A DNA stretch of 63,021 nt, filler included, from Asterionella formosa (Eukaryota): assembly GCA_002256025.1 (NCBI GenBank). It is 10 parts of 10 records of this genome, joined end to end, with 100 filler letters (N's around TTAATTAATTAA, not from the genome) between each part and the next. Parts side by side here need not be neighbours in the genome. Positions count along the whole stretch, not along the records: positions 61,506 to 63,021 come from NKIB01002111.1; 9 more parts are not named here. One strand, written 5' to 3'. The notes below the pieces were generated by a model that saw only the letters and a list, made by a program, of their open reading frames with translations, made no database searches and had not been told where the DNA came from. The first letter of the stretch is position 1, and each line of letters begins with the position of its first letter. Made by a program: the position numbers and the translations under genes. Below, piece after piece: positions 61,406-63,021 of the stretch.

Positions 61406-62019
61406 NNNNNNNNNNNNNNNNNNNNNNNNNNNNNNNNNNNNNNNNNNNNTTAATTAATTAANNNNNNNNNNNNNNNNNNNNNNNNNNNNNNNNNNNNNNN
61501 NNNNNGGAGTGATGCTAAATTTATTATTATTACCGGTAATTCATTTTCATTCTATCCTGTTCATATCCTGACGTTGTCATCGGTCTCATTTGAAATTTGC
61601 AATGTCTTTGCGGACATTGCAATGATGAGATTGGATGATCCCAATGGTCCATTATTTGTTCTTTTTCACTCCCAAAGAACCTAAGATGGTCCTTCTCGTT
61701 TCGTCCGAAATTTTTCTTCTCCACTTTTCAACTAGTAGATCGATCACCAAAACATTAGTTGATAATAAGAGTGAGAGTGCTGTATTGATCACAAGCATAT
61801 TGTATGATCTATTGATTTGAAACCAATTGATATATATATATATATGATTAGTGTATTCTGAATGTGATTCATTATAAATGTTACAAATGCAATCGATTGG
61901 ATGTTATATAATATGTATATGATCTAGTATGGTAATTATACGTAGCCCAAAACGTGAATTTACTCGATTTAACATTGACTCTCAGTTCAAAATCTTTCAA
62001 TCGTTGACTCTCAGTTTTT

Positions 62020-62303
62020 AGGTGGTAGAGGCAATCATCATTAGATGAGTCGCTATGATTGATCATTGTTTCATTTTGTGTTTATATAGCTATGTAGTAT
62101 GTACCGCTACATCAACGATACACATAAAAAAAAATATACCTGTAGCTCTATTTCTATTTGCTAAAATTTCGGCGCGAGATTCAACTATTTGAGGATTTGG
62201 TCGATGCTGTGAGAAGAAATATGAAAAATTAGACTTGTGACATTTATTGATATTTTCAACTGCAATTGGTTCTTGGTATTGGGTCGATGCGGTGGAGATG
62301 CTC
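62020..62303 (-). mobile_element. Fourth Harbinger family copy (transposase-side end)
   Basis: TIR ..GGTCGATGCGGTGGAGATGCTC ends at 62303. Subterminal block and the start region SDSSNDDCLYH match copy 1 (TDSSDDDRLYH). Confidence 0.8.
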
Positions 62304-62336
62304 GAAGTATCTGGTACAATGGTACTAGTTACCCGG

Positions 62337-62512
62337 TGAAGTATCTTACTAGAAGTAGTAGTATTTGTTGAATATATGAGCTAATTAATCTTAAGTACAA
62401 CTTGTTTCCCAAGTCGACATCAAAGTACACAACAGGTGTTCGCCGAGTCAGCTGGTACGTTTGATATAACCCTAACCCTATATACCTCTGTATCAATGTG
62501 CAGGATCACTCA
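62337..62512 (-). repeat. Solo-LTR-like copy of the 57316-57510 LTR
   Basis: Reverse complement reads TGAGTGATCCTGCACA..TTCTAGTAAGATACTTCA. No clean TSD. Confidence 0.75.
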
Positions 62513-62620
62513 GGTGGTACCTGGTACCAGGTACCTGGTACCGGTATTCACTCCTACTACATGTTTCCGTACGCGACATACTGGAGGAAAAATGCTATGT
62601 ATTAATAATGTCAGGTACTG

Positions 62621-62829
62621 TACTGTTATTGGTAAAATTCAACCCAAGTTGTATTTTTCTGTAGACCCCTGGTATTGTCCTACTCGGGACATGATGGTAC
62701 CTTGACAGTATTGACAACATTTTACCGTGGTAAAATTAGGTACTGACCTCCAAGAATTTCAACCCGGTTGCATTGGCGGTTGAATTTTTCCTCTTCTTTT
62801 GGTTGAATTTTCAACTCAGATTAGTCGTA
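62621..62829 (-). repeat. About 210-bp MITE-like dispersed repeat, copy 3 (diverged)
   Basis: Reverse homology to 58462-58672. Confidence 0.75.
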
Positions 62830-63021
62830 TATTGTTGTAACCTCTTGGGAAATTCAACCACTGCACCATCATAAATCAATCTTATTTGTCCATAACCTGG
62901 TACTCGGAGGACCAGGAACCACCACCAGGTAACTGGTGCCATACTACCTGGTACCGGTAGATGGTTGCCCACACACCAATATTTATAGAAGGCTTCCTGA
63001 ATAGACTATTTACAGGTAATA

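Noticed and set aside
62467..62479. Telomeric TAACCC repeats
   Set aside because: Only two units, internal to an LTR.

Overview
Eukaryotic draft scaffold with short GT-AG introns and N-gaps carrying an artificial TTAATTAATTAA linker. Gene content, a bipartite plastid-type presequence and the TE families point to a diatom (inference). Host genes are three QSOX-type sulfhydryl oxidases (thioredoxin + ERV/ALR + C-terminal TM), a signal-peptide histidine phosphatase, Tim9, an RxL/Ser-rich single-pass protein resembling silicalemma-associated proteins, a divergent ALDH-fold protein, a TM/PT-rich metallophosphoesterase-like protein with a truncated paralog, and an FAD monooxygenase. Between them lie nested TEs: a TAA-flanked PIF/Harbinger element (four family copies in the window) containing an AAT-flanked PHIS element, a full-length degenerate Copia with TG..TA LTRs carrying a tRNA-Ala-derived SINE (17-bp TSD), a second Copia, a Gypsy-like LTR/gag, LINE fragments and MITE-like repeats. 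A palindromic CCAGGTA/GGTACC motif forms arrays upstream of most genes and at several TE junctions. All calls were made by eye, without database searches.
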